Counted from the stretch's first letter, positions 27,540 through 37,942 are shown. The stretch is 64,000 nucleotides of DNA from an uncultured Planctomycetales bacterium (GCA_964603585.1 CAZRVK010000003.1:67693-131692), one strand, 5' to 3'. Numbers and translations are program-made. The notes: generated from the sequence alone by a model not told the origin.

Positions 27540-28244
27540 ATGCAAGAACAGCGGAAATTATCGAGGTTGATCACTAAACGCAAAGTCAAGGTTCTGCTTA
27601 ATGGCGCGCATGCCTATGTCAGCGGCTATCTGATCGATCTTAACCTGAAGGGCGGTCAGCTTGCTTTACCGATCAAATTGCCGGTAGATACTTTTTTGAA
27701 AATGTCTTTGGTGCTTTGCGATGATTTTGTCCTGGATATCGAAGTTTGGATCGTCTGGAACAGTTTGAGGCACGGGCTTAATGTTTACGGCCTGTATTTC
27801 AGCCGGATAAAAGATGAGGATAAGGAGAAAATATATAAATTGCTGTTAAGGGATTATTCCAGCCAATTAAACCAGAGATGGTGGGGGGCTAATAGAAAAG
27901 GAGGGCATGAAATGAAAATCGAAGCATATAATGACAAAAGGACTTTTGCCCGATTCCCGGTCCAGTTTTCCGCAAGGTTGTTGTCAGCGCAGTTGGATAA
28001 AGAAGTCCTTGCCCAGGTGCGGGATATCAGTGCCAAAGGGGTAGGTTTAGCCGCAAAGGTAAGATTGCCTGCTCGTACTGCCCTGGAATTATGGCTGGAT
28101 ATTCCGGATGATGCGGAACCGCTTTACTCCCGCGGGGAGGTTGCTTGGTGTGGGGAAGGTGCGGCCGATGAGTACCGGATGGGGGTATCTTTAGAAAAAG
28201 CGGATTTTATGGGATTGGCAAGGGTCTTAAGAGTAAAACAGTAG
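27540..28244 (+). CDS. Tandem PilZ-domain protein (putative c-di-GMP receptor)
   Basis: RBS AAAGGAGG at 7 nt upstream. The second half has canonical RTFAR (RxxxR) + DISAKG (DxSxxG). The first half has RKLSR + DLNLKGG (S->N variant). Stop codon is TAG. Confidence 0.7.
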   Translation: MQEQRKLSRLITKRKVKVLLNGAHAYVSGYLIDLNLKGGQLALPIKLPVDTFLKMSLVLCDDFVLDIEVWIVWNSLRHGLNVYGLYFSRIKDEDKEKIYKLLLRDYSSQLNQRWWGANRKGGHEMKIEAYNDKRTFARFPVQFSARLLSAQLDKEVLAQVRDISAKGVGLAAKVRLPARTALELWLDIPDDAEPLYSRGEVAWCGEGAADEYRMGVSLEKADFMGLARVLRVKQ

Positions 28245-28366
28245 GGGATGGTTTTTGAAGAAAAAACCTTGAAATATTGATAAATGTATGTTAAATTTTA
28301 GTATTGTCTTTACTGCCTAAAAACGGCTTTTTGCATACCTATACTAATGTAATCTGGAGAGGATAA

Positions 28367-29671
28367 ATGCTAAAATTGAGAAAATACCCGGGGTTTGTGT
28401 TACTATTCATGGTTTTTAATATGCTGGGTTGTAATTCGGAGCCGGTAAGCAAGGTTTCCAGTATAACCATTTGGCACTGGATGACTGACCGGGAACCGGC
28501 ATTCCGGGAATTAGCCAGAAGATACGAAGAAAAATCAGGGGTAAAAATAAACTTTGAGCTTTACGCTCCATCAGATGCTTATTCACAGAAAGTCCGTGCA
28601 GCAGCTCAAGGTTCAACCCTGCCGGATATATTTGGTTTATTAGGGGAGAAAAGGGATTTTGCTTCTTTTGTCAAATCCGGGCATATCTTGAATTTATCAA
28701 CTTATATGGATGAAGCCGGAGGATCATGGAAAAATAGGTTTTTTGCTAAAGCCTTAGCAGTAAATGAATTTAGCTCCGGAAATATTTACGGGGCTCCGGC
28801 CGGGATTTACGGGGCGCCGATTGATATTATGACCATCCAGATGATTTACAATAAAGACCTTTTTAAGGAGTTAGGGCTTAATCCTAATAAGCCCCCGGTG
28901 ACTTTTGCGGAATTCATAAGTATCGGTAATAAGATAAAAGCCAAGAATATGCAAGGGTTAGTTTCCGGCTGGGGTGAAGTTTGGATGATTGATTGCCTGG
29001 CTAATAATTTCGCTTTTAATCTTATGGGGAAAGATAAGGTATTGGCTACGATTAAAGGGGATTTGCCGTATACCGATCCGGACTGGATCAGGGTCTTTAC
29101 TTTATTTAAAGAGATGCAAGAGTCGGGAGTGTTGGCCAGCGGGGTGGTGACAATGGTGAACAAGACAGCGGAACAGCTTTTTGCTAACGGTAAGGCGGTA
29201 TTTGCCTTTAATGGCTCATGGTGCGTAAATGTTTATAAGGGGATGAACCCTGGTTTAAATTATGCCCCAATGCTTCCACCCAAAGTATCTGAAAAGTATC
29301 CTGTAAGTATTTGGGGCGGGGCAGGGTCGTCTTTTATGGTGAATGCCAATTCAAAGAACCGGGAAGAAGCGGTTAAATTCCTTAAATGGCTGACTGATAA
29401 GGATCAACAGGCGTATTTAGCGGATGCAACTTCTAACTTACCTGCGAACAAGGATTGTTTGAACAAGATTTCCCCGTTATTAGCACAATTTGCGGACGAT
29501 ATAGATAATACTACTCATCCTAACGTTTGGGGAGTATCTGAATTCCCTGCGGTTATCGAGGCTCTGGATAGGGGCTTACAGTCTATAATTATTGGTGAAA
29601 AAACCCCCGAGGCCGTGGCCCAGGCAGTGCAAAAAATAAAAGAAAGGGAATTAGCAAAGAAAAGGAACTAA
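28367..29671 (+). CDS. ABC transporter substrate-binding lipoprotein, CUT1 (sugar/oligosaccharide) family
   Basis: Signal peptide with lipobox (LLFMVFNMLGC|N). Family-1 SBP-like composition. Directly upstream of two MalF/MalG-type permeases. Confidence 0.75.
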   Translation: MLKLRKYPGFVLLFMVFNMLGCNSEPVSKVSSITIWHWMTDREPAFRELARRYEEKSGVKINFELYAPSDAYSQKVRAAAQGSTLPDIFGLLGEKRDFASFVKSGHILNLSTYMDEAGGSWKNRFFAKALAVNEFSSGNIYGAPAGIYGAPIDIMTIQMIYNKDLFKELGLNPNKPPVTFAEFISIGNKIKAKNMQGLVSGWGEVWMIDCLANNFAFNLMGKDKVLATIKGDLPYTDPDWIRVFTLFKEMQESGVLASGVVTMVNKTAEQLFANGKAVFAFNGSWCVNVYKGMNPGLNYAPMLPPKVSEKYPVSIWGGAGSSFMVNANSKNREEAVKFLKWLTDKDQQAYLADATSNLPANKDCLNKISPLLAQFADDIDNTTHPNVWGVSEFPAVIEALDRGLQSIIIGEKTPEAVAQAVQKIKERELAKKRN

Positions 29672-29689
29672 TTCGGATTATCACTGCAC

Positions 29690-30571
29690 ATGAAAATAAA
29701 ATCCACTTTTGAGAATTATATTTTTGTCCTGCCGGCTTTACTGATCTTCTCTATATTTTATATCTTTCCTTTTTTAAATGTTCTTACTTTGAGTTTCTAT
29801 GACTGGGATGGGATCTCGCGTAACCCCGGATTTATCGGATTTTGGAATTTTAAAGAGATATTTCTCCAGGATAAGAACTGGTGGCAGGCGATGTGGAATG
29901 CAAGCTATATAACTTTGATCGCTTTGACCTTCCAGAACATCCTGGCTTTTTTGCTGGCTTGGGCCTGTGACCGGGAAATCCGGATGAAGAATTTTTACCG
30001 GGTAATATTTTTTATTCCTCCGATTTTATCCGAGATAGTGGTGGGTATGGCTTGGCGGTTCATTATTAACGATATCGATGGCGCAAATATGATCAACCGC
30101 GCCTTGACAACTATGGGTTTTCCTAATTTAGTTAATAATTGGCTTTCTAATCCTAAGACGGCTTTGACTACCGTGGCTTTGGTGCATTGCTGGAAAGGGT
30201 TTGGCTGGGGATTTTTGATATTTCTGGCCGGGCTACAAACTATTCCCCGTGAGCTTTATGAAGCGGCGCGCGTGGATGGGGCTAATGCCTGGGATTCGTT
30301 CAAGAAAATAACTGTGCCTTTGATGATACCGGTCACAGTGGTGGTAATGATACTTACGGTATTGGGGTCTATGCAGGTGTTCGCTTTAATTATTGGCCTT
30401 GTCGGAGGGGAATTCGCCGGGCACACCTCGGTCCCGGTGTTGAGGATACTGGCTTCAATGCGCGGTTCATCGCGTTTTGGTTATGCCTGCGCGCAAGGGA
30501 TCACCTTTGGCGTGATCCTGGTGATCATTTCATTTATTCAAGACCGTTTCTCCAAGAAAGCAAAAACATAA
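29690..30571 (+). CDS. Sugar ABC transporter permease (MalF/UgpA-like)
   Basis: Six TM segments. EAA loop ELYEAARVDGANAWDSFKKITVPLM. Confidence 0.8.
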   Translation: MKIKSTFENYIFVLPALLIFSIFYIFPFLNVLTLSFYDWDGISRNPGFIGFWNFKEIFLQDKNWWQAMWNASYITLIALTFQNILAFLLAWACDREIRMKNFYRVIFFIPPILSEIVVGMAWRFIINDIDGANMINRALTTMGFPNLVNNWLSNPKTALTTVALVHCWKGFGWGFLIFLAGLQTIPRELYEAARVDGANAWDSFKKITVPLMIPVTVVVMILTVLGSMQVFALIIGLVGGEFAGHTSVPVLRILASMRGSSRFGYACAQGITFGVILVIISFIQDRFSKKAKT

Positions 30572-30573
30572 AA

Positions 30574-31422
30574 ATGAAGACATCGGCGTATTACAAAACA
30601 AAAAAGATTGTTGTTAATCTGTTGATCCATCTTTTCCTGATCAGTGTGGCAATCACCTGCCTTTATCCGGTATTCTGGATGATTTCTTCAAGCCTGAAAA
30701 CCCAGGATACGGTGTTTAATGATATTTCCCTTATCCCGCACCAGTTTCATTTTGAGAATTATAGCGATGCCTGGCGTGAGGGTGGATTTGGAGGGAATTT
30801 CTTAAATAGCATATTTTATACGGTTTCTGTGGTTTTGGGGATTGTAATCATTTCCTCCATGGCGGCATATGCCTTTGCCCGGCTGCGTTTTCCAGGCAGG
30901 AATATTATGTTTTTTATTTTTATGGCGGCGATGATGATCCCTATACCGGGGAGTTTCGTCGCATTATATGTTTTGTTGAACAAACTTCATTTAAGGAATA
31001 CCCCTATAGGATATATCTTATGCATGATCAATGTGGGGCTGTCCACCAGTATTTTCCTTTTGAAGACATTCTTTGATAAAATGCCAAAGGAGTTGGAGGA
31101 CGCCGCCCGTATTGACGGTTGTTCAAAGATCGGTATCTGGTGGCATGTGGCATTGCCTTTAGCTAAGCCGGTTTTGGCGGTTGTCGTGGTATTTAATGCC
31201 TTGAATGTCTGGAATGAATATATACTTGCATTGATCATTTTTGATTCAAGGAAATATATGCCTTTACAGGTAGCGCTTCAGACTTTTCAAGGGGAGTTTG
31301 TTACTAATTATCCTCTTTTAATGGCCGGGTTAACCATTACCGCCTTACCTATTATATTAGTCTATCTGTTAATGCAGAAGTATATTATTAAAGGCGTTAC
31401 AGCCGGGGCGATTGTCGGATGA
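30574..31422 (+). CDS. Sugar ABC transporter permease (MalG/UgpE-like)
   Basis: EAA loop ELEDAARIDGCSKIGIWWHVALPLAKP. 3 nt after the upstream permease. Confidence 0.8.
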   Translation: MKTSAYYKTKKIVVNLLIHLFLISVAITCLYPVFWMISSSLKTQDTVFNDISLIPHQFHFENYSDAWREGGFGGNFLNSIFYTVSVVLGIVIISSMAAYAFARLRFPGRNIMFFIFMAAMMIPIPGSFVALYVLLNKLHLRNTPIGYILCMINVGLSTSIFLLKTFFDKMPKELEDAARIDGCSKIGIWWHVALPLAKPVLAVVVVFNALNVWNEYILALIIFDSRKYMPLQVALQTFQGEFVTNYPLLMAGLTITALPIILVYLLMQKYIIKGVTAGAIVG

Positions 31423-33731
31423 TGAATTTAACAGGTGAGAACTCCTTAGGATTAAATACGCATTGGCTTAAATGCCTGGTGTTGATACCTTGTTTTATCG
31501 TATGCCTGGTATTTAATGCCGAGGCGCAGGATAAGCCTTCTTCTTCAGAACTTGTCAATAAGGCCTGGGGGGAGAAAGATGTGGAGTCCAAGTTCAAATA
31601 TACCCAGCAGTGTATTGATTTGTATGAGGATGAGGCCAGAAGACAGCAGGGTTCTTTAAAGGTTTTACCAAAGGGGAAAGATGAGATTGCCTCGGTGCAG
31701 ATATTGAATGATGTCGCTACCGCTTATTTTATTCAAGCGGAATCTTATATGAACCAGGGCAGGAAGGATGAGGCGATAAGGTTGTTTAAGATTTGTATCG
31801 AACAGTATCCTTTTGGCCAGGCATGGGATCCCCGCGGATGGTTTTGGCAGATAGCCAAGGCTTCCCAGGAAAGTATTGATAAGTTGGAGGGCCGGGCTAA
31901 GCCGGTTGCGCCTCCGAAACCGTCGGTTTCCATGACCCCGACCAAAATAGTCCTTTATGACTCCGGCAAAGAGGATATTGTCAATTATGAGCAATATGGC
32001 GAGTTCCAGAATGTCGGTACTAAAGATTATAAGTATGTTGTTAAAGACCAGGAAGGTTTAAGTGCAGCTGTTGGTGAGGGGATTTATCCTAATACCACTT
32101 CGATACGCTGGGACCCGGAGTTTAAAAAAGCTCAAAAGGAAAAAAGGCTGGAAGGCAGCCAGTGGGATTTCGTTCATTCTCCGGACCTGCAAGCGGCATT
32201 TTTAAAATGGGTGACTACTTCCGAGCCGCAGCCGGTAAAAATGTTTTACACGGCTTTGATGCTGGAGAAATCCGGATTGATCAAACATGCGATCAAATGC
32301 TATTATGCGATAGTAGTACATTACCCAGGTAGTTACGGCTGGACTTATTGGCATACCCCGTGGTATCTGGCTCAAGCAGCGATCTCTAAGATAAATTTTC
32401 TTTTACGCCAAAACCCCAGTATCGGATACCGGTTAGATAATGCCGATATCCAGATCATTAACGGTTTTGATAATGATATTTCCAATGATATTGTCGTTAC
32501 CAATCCCGGCAAGTTTGTTAAAGGAAGGCCTACGGCAAAGTTTAAATCCCGGGTTCCTGTAGATCTCTTGAGTATTAAGAAGCGCCGCGGTAAGGGCAAG
32601 GTGAATTTGATTCAGTATGAGACCGGTGATTGGCAATTAATGGTTAACTCCAAGCCTTATATCATTAAGGGAGTAACTTATGCCCCGACTAAAGTAGGGG
32701 AATCCCCGGACAATGGGACCCAGACCAATTGGATGGAAAACGATTTTAACCATAATGGCTTGATTGACGGACCTTATGATGCGTTTGTAGATAAGAACCG
32801 TAATAACCTCCAGGATCGTTTCGAACCGAGTGTGGGAGATTTTAAATTGATGAAAGATATGGGGGTTAATACGATCCGGCTTTACCATCAGCCATTTAAA
32901 GTAAATAAAGAACTGCTTAGAGATTTATATGATAAATACGGGATCATGGTGATCATGGGTGATTTCTTCGGTAAATACGCTATTGGCTCAAAGGCCCCCT
33001 GGAACCCCGGGACGGATTATAATAACCAGGAACAGAAAAATAACATGCTTGAGTCGGTTACTGCGATGGTCAAGGAATTTAAGGATGAGCCGTATATATT
33101 ATTCTGGCTTTTAGGAAATGAGAATGTCTATGGTTACGGTTGTAATGCAGACAGCCAGCCGGATGCCTTCTTTAAGTTTGCCAATGAGGCGGCCCTTGCC
33201 ATAAAGGCTATCGACCCGGAACATCCGGTGGCGATTTGTAACGGTGATGTGGTATTCCTGGATAAATTCGCGCAAAATGCCCCGGATATAGATATCTTCG
33301 GGACTAATGCTTATCGCGGCGATTATGGTTTTGGGTTTATCTGGAGGCAGTTAAAACAGATGGCAGACCGCCCGGTATTTATTACCGAGTTCGGCTGTCC
33401 GGCTTATGCCGATGGAAAGAACCCGTATGAATCAGAAAAATTACAAGCCGAGTATCATCGCGCCGCATGGATGGATATAGAGGATAATATGGCGTTTTCT
33501 TTAGGTTCAGGCAATTCGATCGGCGGAGTGGTTTTTGAATGGCTGGATGAGTGGTGGAAAGGTTACGAACCGGCATTGCACGACACTAAAGGTTTATGGG
33601 CGGGGCCGTTTCCTGATGGATATATGCATGAAGAGTGGCTTGGAGTTTGTTCCCAGGGGGACGGCAACTCCAGCCCATTTTTACGGCAATTGCGTCAAAC
33701 ATATTTTACATATAAAAAGTTATGGCGTTAG
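31419..33731 (+). CDS. Secreted TPR-like + clan GH-A (TIM-barrel, GH5/GH2-like) glycoside-hydrolase-like protein, 770 aa
   Basis: Start overlaps the upstream stop (ATGATGA). Signal-peptide-like N-terminus. C-terminal half has YIIKGVTYAP (strand 1), LFWLLGNENVYGY (NE acid/base) and VFITEFGCPAY (nucleophile Glu). Paralogue of 34956..36269. Confidence 0.6.
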   Translation: MMNLTGENSLGLNTHWLKCLVLIPCFIVCLVFNAEAQDKPSSSELVNKAWGEKDVESKFKYTQQCIDLYEDEARRQQGSLKVLPKGKDEIASVQILNDVATAYFIQAESYMNQGRKDEAIRLFKICIEQYPFGQAWDPRGWFWQIAKASQESIDKLEGRAKPVAPPKPSVSMTPTKIVLYDSGKEDIVNYEQYGEFQNVGTKDYKYVVKDQEGLSAAVGEGIYPNTTSIRWDPEFKKAQKEKRLEGSQWDFVHSPDLQAAFLKWVTTSEPQPVKMFYTALMLEKSGLIKHAIKCYYAIVVHYPGSYGWTYWHTPWYLAQAAISKINFLLRQNPSIGYRLDNADIQIINGFDNDISNDIVVTNPGKFVKGRPTAKFKSRVPVDLLSIKKRRGKGKVNLIQYETGDWQLMVNSKPYIIKGVTYAPTKVGESPDNGTQTNWMENDFNHNGLIDGPYDAFVDKNRNNLQDRFEPSVGDFKLMKDMGVNTIRLYHQPFKVNKELLRDLYDKYGIMVIMGDFFGKYAIGSKAPWNPGTDYNNQEQKNNMLESVTAMVKEFKDEPYILFWLLGNENVYGYGCNADSQPDAFFKFANEAALAIKAIDPEHPVAICNGDVVFLDKFAQNAPDIDIFGTNAYRGDYGFGFIWRQLKQMADRPVFITEFGCPAYADGKNPYESEKLQAEYHRAAWMDIEDNMAFSLGSGNSIGGVVFEWLDEWWKGYEPALHDTKGLWAGPFPDGYMHEEWLGVCSQGDGNSSPFLRQLRQTYFTYKKLWR

Positions 33732-33808
33732 AAAGGAGGCAGCAAATTAAACCTAAATATAGAAATCCAATATTAGTAATAGCAACTAAATACAAGGAGG
33801 TTGTAGCG

Positions 33809-34975
33809 ATGAAGAAATGGTTAATGGTTTTGTTGGCATTGTTTTTGGCAATCCCGGTCTGTGGATTTGCCCAGGAAGCGGCACAGACGTCAGCGCCTGC
33901 TTCTGCAGGCAAGACTTTTGTAGTCTATGCAGATAAAAAGTCCGCAGAAAATCATTTCATCCCTTCAGGATGGATGGGGGACACCGGAGATATCAAAATG
34001 AACGACGCGGCCGCGGATAATCCTTATACCGGGACTACCGCCATACAGTTCGAATACTCCGGTAAAAAAGCCCAGGGTCAGGGTTGGGCAGGGGTGTATT
34101 GGCAGAATCCCGCTAATAACTGGGGTTCTAAAAAAGGCGGTTTTGATTTAACGGGTATGACTAAAGTTACTTTTTGGGCGCGCGGTGCAAAAGGCGGAGA
34201 GGTGATACAAAAGTTTGTAGTCGGCGGCGTAAAAGGCACATATCCTGATTCGGCCAATGTGGAGATGGGCCCGGTGGAATTGACGGATACTTGGAAAGAA
34301 TACACAATTAACCTTGCCGGCAAGGATCTTTCTTATGTAAGCGGTGGTTTTGGGTGGGTAACTACTTCTGATCTAAATCCCAATGGAGCAGTTTTTTACA
34401 TCGATGAAATAAAATATGTTGCTGATGATTCCATGAAGCCGGAAGGCAAAAAGGTGGAAAACATGCCTTTTTATGTTTACTCCGACCGGTCGAGCCCCAA
34501 GAACCATTTTATCCCTTCGGGATGGATGGGTGATTACAGTGATATAAAATATGACGGTGCTGCCAAAGATGACCCTTATTTAGGGGATACCTGCATCAAA
34601 GTTGTTTACAATAATAAAGCTACCCAGGGGTCACGTTGGGCAGGGATGTATTGGCAGAATCCTGCTAATAATTGGGGAAACACTGATGGTGGGTATGATC
34701 TTTCCAAAGCCACGAAAGTCACTTTCTGGGCTAAAGGAGTAAACGGTGGAGAAAGGGTCGAGGAGTTCAAGATCGGAGGGATCATGGGTGAATATTCCGA
34801 TTCTGATATGGCCAGTATCGGACCGGTGGTCTTGAATAAGGAGTGGACCCAATATACCATTGATCTTAAAGGAAAAGATATTTCCTATATTATTGGAGGT
34901 TTTTGTTGGGCGACCAACTTAGACGCGAATCCAGAAGGGGCAACTTTTTATTTGGATGAGATCAAGTACGAATAA
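33809..34975 (+). CDS. Secreted protein with two tandem carbohydrate-binding-module-like domains of about 190 aa
   Basis: RBS AAGGAGG at 33794..33800, ATG at 33809, signal peptide MKKWLMVLLALFLAIPVCGFAQEA. Internal tandem duplication: HFIPSGWMGD...WAGVYWQNPANNWG...TKVTFWARG // HFIPSGWMGDYSD...WAGMYWQNPANNWG...TKVTFWAKG. Confidence 0.65.
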   Translation: MKKWLMVLLALFLAIPVCGFAQEAAQTSAPASAGKTFVVYADKKSAENHFIPSGWMGDTGDIKMNDAAADNPYTGTTAIQFEYSGKKAQGQGWAGVYWQNPANNWGSKKGGFDLTGMTKVTFWARGAKGGEVIQKFVVGGVKGTYPDSANVEMGPVELTDTWKEYTINLAGKDLSYVSGGFGWVTTSDLNPNGAVFYIDEIKYVADDSMKPEGKKVENMPFYVYSDRSSPKNHFIPSGWMGDYSDIKYDGAAKDDPYLGDTCIKVVYNNKATQGSRWAGMYWQNPANNWGNTDGGYDLSKATKVTFWAKGVNGGERVEEFKIGGIMGEYSDSDMASIGPVVLNKEWTQYTIDLKGKDISYIIGGFCWATNLDANPEGATFYLDEIKYE

Positions 34976-36269
34976 TAAAACAGAACTAAGAGCTAAGAGC
35001 TCAGAACTAAGAAAACTTAGGACAGGGGCATTTATTGCCTCTGTCCTAAGTTTTGTTTTTACCTGTACGTTTTTCTTTAATGCATTTGCTAAGCCCAATC
35101 CTAAAGTCTATATTAAAAAACTCAAGAATTCCCATTATCAGTTGATGGTCCAAGGCAAGCCCTATATCGTCAAAGGTGTCTGTTATAATCCTATTCCTAT
35201 TGGGCAGAATCATGAATATGACTGGTGGGCTGATCCAGCTAAGCCATGGCTGGCTGATGGTAAACTAATGAAGGAAATGGGCATCAATTCTGTAAGGATA
35301 TACCAAACCGGAGAGAATCCTGAACAGGTCAAGATGGTCATTCGGGATTTATATGAACAATTCGGTATCCGGGTGGCATTGGGTAGTTGGCTGGGGTTTT
35401 GGGAGTATCCTTGCCCTTTATATGGTAGTAAGGCCTTTCAGGAAAAGGTTAAAAAGGAAGTCCTGGATATGGTTAATTTATATAAGGATGAACCAGGCGT
35501 GCTTTTCTGGATCTTAGGCAATGAGAATAACTATTCCTGCCTGGGCCGGGTAAATCCCTGGTCTTCGCCAGAGGTGGAGAAGGAGCCGGACCCTCAAACA
35601 CAGAATTTTATCCGGGCCAAGATCTATTATTCTTATGTCAATGATATTGCCCGCGAAATACATAAGATCGACCCTAATCATCCGGTAGCCTTAGGTAATG
35701 GAGAGTTGGTGGGATTAGATGCAGCGGCTAAATTCGCTCCGGATATAGACCTTATTGCCTGTATTATTTATCGCGGCAGGAGTTTCGGTAATTTATTTAA
35801 CTCCCTGCGTAATACGTTTGACAGGCCGATAGTATTAAGTGAATTCGGTGCGGACGCGTATGATTCCTTACTGGCTAAAGAAGACCAGAATCACCAGGCA
35901 TTCTTCCTGGAATGGCAGTGGAGGCAAATTTACGATAATCTTGCCAATAAAAAGAAAGGCGCAGGAAATTGTTTAGGGGGATTTATTTTTGAATGGACCG
36001 ATGAATGGTGGAAGCATAACGAATATGACCCGGCAGGTTGGAATATCCACGATACAGCTTCTGGTTGGGGTAATGGCAGTTATTATTTTGATGCTGCGGT
36101 AAAAGGCGGCAAGAATATGACTGAAGAGTGGTTTGGGATAGTTTCGTTATCCCCTGGGACAGACGGATTGGATAAGCGTATTCCCCGCAAGGCATATTAT
36201 GTTATCAGGGAATTCTGGAAGAATCCTGTTCCAGTCAAACAGGATAAAAAGGCAAAGGACAGCAAATGA
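34956..36269 (+). CDS. Clan GH-A glycoside-hydrolase-like protein, 437 aa (paralogue of the 770 aa protein)
   Basis: YIVKGVCYNP, VLFWILGNENNYS, IVLSEFGADAYD. Hydrophobic signal-like segment after about 22 aa. The start overlaps the upstream gene by 20 nt, so start choice is uncertain. Confidence 0.55.
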   Translation: MRSSTNNKTELRAKSSELRKLRTGAFIASVLSFVFTCTFFFNAFAKPNPKVYIKKLKNSHYQLMVQGKPYIVKGVCYNPIPIGQNHEYDWWADPAKPWLADGKLMKEMGINSVRIYQTGENPEQVKMVIRDLYEQFGIRVALGSWLGFWEYPCPLYGSKAFQEKVKKEVLDMVNLYKDEPGVLFWILGNENNYSCLGRVNPWSSPEVEKEPDPQTQNFIRAKIYYSYVNDIAREIHKIDPNHPVALGNGELVGLDAAAKFAPDIDLIACIIYRGRSFGNLFNSLRNTFDRPIVLSEFGADAYDSLLAKEDQNHQAFFLEWQWRQIYDNLANKKKGAGNCLGGFIFEWTDEWWKHNEYDPAGWNIHDTASGWGNGSYYFDAAVKGGKNMTEEWFGIVSLSPGTDGLDKRIPRKAYYVIREFWKNPVPVKQDKKAKDSK

Positions 36270-37891
36270 TTATAACTCGGATTAAAATCTTCTGGAATAT
36301 TGTTTTCGCGGTTTGCATTATGTCAGGGAATATCCCTTTTCTTTCTGCCCAAGAGGATAACACGAAAATATCTGTTTTAAACCGGCAGATCATTGAAGCC
36401 AAATCGGCAAATGAGTTGTACGGTTTTTTTGAGGAGTTAAAGAACTATTATTTCCAAAACAATAAATATAATGATTTCGCGGTTTTCTTAAGATCGCTTG
36501 AAGGCAAAAACGATCCCGCCAGGCCTTTTGTCAGCTACTATATGGCACTTAATCGTTATTATCAGCTAAAACACCTGGAGAAAAACGAGGATTGGGATGA
36601 ATATTTTTCCAAAGGCAATGCTTATCGTGATGAGCTCAACCAGCATGCTCTGGATGCTATAGCTTTGACTGCAACGAACAGCCCGTTGCATTTACAGGCC
36701 CGTCTGCTTATCTGGCAATTCCATAAAGATCAGGAGGATACATTTACCTTAGAGGCATTGCAGGAACTGATAGAGGCGGCTAAGCAATATTCTAAAGATG
36801 CTCAAGATCTGCTTGTTTTAAAAGAAGTTGCCGACAGGCTCAATCTTAATCAGGAGAAAGCCAAGGCAAAAGAGGTATACCAGCTTTATCTGGATAATAT
36901 GATCAATGCAGAAATGTCTGAACAGGAAATCAAGGCAGTCGCGGAAGGATTCTATAAGGATGGTAACCTGGATCTGTCTGAACAGGTTTTCGATATTTAT
37001 ATTGAGCGGGCCCAGGATTCCTTATCCAAGGAAGAACTAACACTTGTTCTTATAAATATCGCCAAGGATTTTTCCTCCAGTGCCTCAAGCGGGCAGCTTT
37101 ATGCCGAAAAGATCTTTAAGAAAATAGAGGAAATCGCCGGCCTGGACTCTTTTGATGAGGAATTGATTTATTTGCGCGCCTTTAACTTAGAAAAGACCGG
37201 GGAGTATCCCCCGGCAAAAAATTATTATGATGAATTGATCAAACGCTATCCTGCAAGTTTACATCGCAATGAAGCTTGTTTCAAATCAGGGGTTATTGCC
37301 GCGTATGCTTTGGCGGATATAAAAGCGGCAAGGGGTTATTTTGAGGATATGCTTTCTTCCTTGGATCTACCTTCCGGAGCAAATGGCAAACATATCTCCA
37401 GTCTTTATCAGCTGGGGATCTTAAGCCAGTGGGAGAATGATTTTGTTGCGGCAAATAAATATTTTACCCGACTAGTGGAATTGGCAAACGGTAATTTCTC
37501 CCAGAAAACCTCTCAAGCTCAACAGCGTCTTAAAGAGATTGCTGAAGAAAGACCCATGGAGCATAACCTTAAAAGTTTCTTGGATATTGCTTTAGCTAAA
37601 AAGGCATCTTTGGATCCAAGTGTCCAGTCTGCTGATTTAAGGGTATCTCCGGCCAGGGTGAAAAAAGGGCTCCCGGTTGAGGTTGTTTCTAATTTTTATC
37701 TGGCTGCCAGCGGCTGTTTGCCTCAAGAGATACAATATTCTTGGTCTGGAGATACCGGTACCAGCCAGGACTTTGAGCAAACAACTTTCTTGACCCAATA
37801 TCCTGAACCCGGTATTTGGGTCCTCAATTTGGTCGTAGTTTCTTCATCTGTTCCCCAGGCCCGCGGTTTTGTGATGGTGGACGTAGAGTAA
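36266..37891 (+). CDS. Secreted alpha-helical (TPR-like) repeat protein
   Basis: N-terminal signal peptide (IFWNIVFAVCIMSGNIPFLSAQE). Helical repeat composition. Overlaps the upstream stop (ATGA). Confidence 0.5.
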   Translation: MIITRIKIFWNIVFAVCIMSGNIPFLSAQEDNTKISVLNRQIIEAKSANELYGFFEELKNYYFQNNKYNDFAVFLRSLEGKNDPARPFVSYYMALNRYYQLKHLEKNEDWDEYFSKGNAYRDELNQHALDAIALTATNSPLHLQARLLIWQFHKDQEDTFTLEALQELIEAAKQYSKDAQDLLVLKEVADRLNLNQEKAKAKEVYQLYLDNMINAEMSEQEIKAVAEGFYKDGNLDLSEQVFDIYIERAQDSLSKEELTLVLINIAKDFSSSASSGQLYAEKIFKKIEEIAGLDSFDEELIYLRAFNLEKTGEYPPAKNYYDELIKRYPASLHRNEACFKSGVIAAYALADIKAARGYFEDMLSSLDLPSGANGKHISSLYQLGILSQWENDFVAANKYFTRLVELANGNFSQKTSQAQQRLKEIAEERPMEHNLKSFLDIALAKKASLDPSVQSADLRVSPARVKKGLPVEVVSNFYLAASGCLPQEIQYSWSGDTGTSQDFEQTTFLTQYPEPGIWVLNLVVVSSSVPQARGFVMVDVE

Positions 37892-37913
37892 TCCCTCCGC
37901 TTCAAAACATCCC

Positions 37914-37942
37914 TTGACTTATAATCAGCTATTCGTTATAAT
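37914..37942 (+). promoter_or_regulatory. Near-consensus sigma-70-type promoter upstream of the first PilB-like gene
   Basis: TTGACT (37914..37919), 17-nt spacer, TATAAT (37937..37942). Flanked by an imperfect inverted repeat TTGACTTATAA ... TTATAAcacAAGTCAA. Confidence 0.5.

Noticed and set aside
28245-28366. Candidate promoter/operator upstream of the ABC binding-protein gene (TTGATA ... TAGTAT ; AAAACGGCTTTTTGCA)
   Set aside because: The hexamers and spacing are poor and the apparent dyad is not a true palindrome. It is a plausible regulatory region, but nothing specific enough to annotate.
33722-33808. Longer N-terminal extension of the CBM-like protein gene (frame listed from 33722)
   Set aside because: The extension overlaps the upstream gene's 3' end and lacks a start codon with an RBS. 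ATG 33809 has a canonical AAGGAGG RBS and is followed by a signal peptide.
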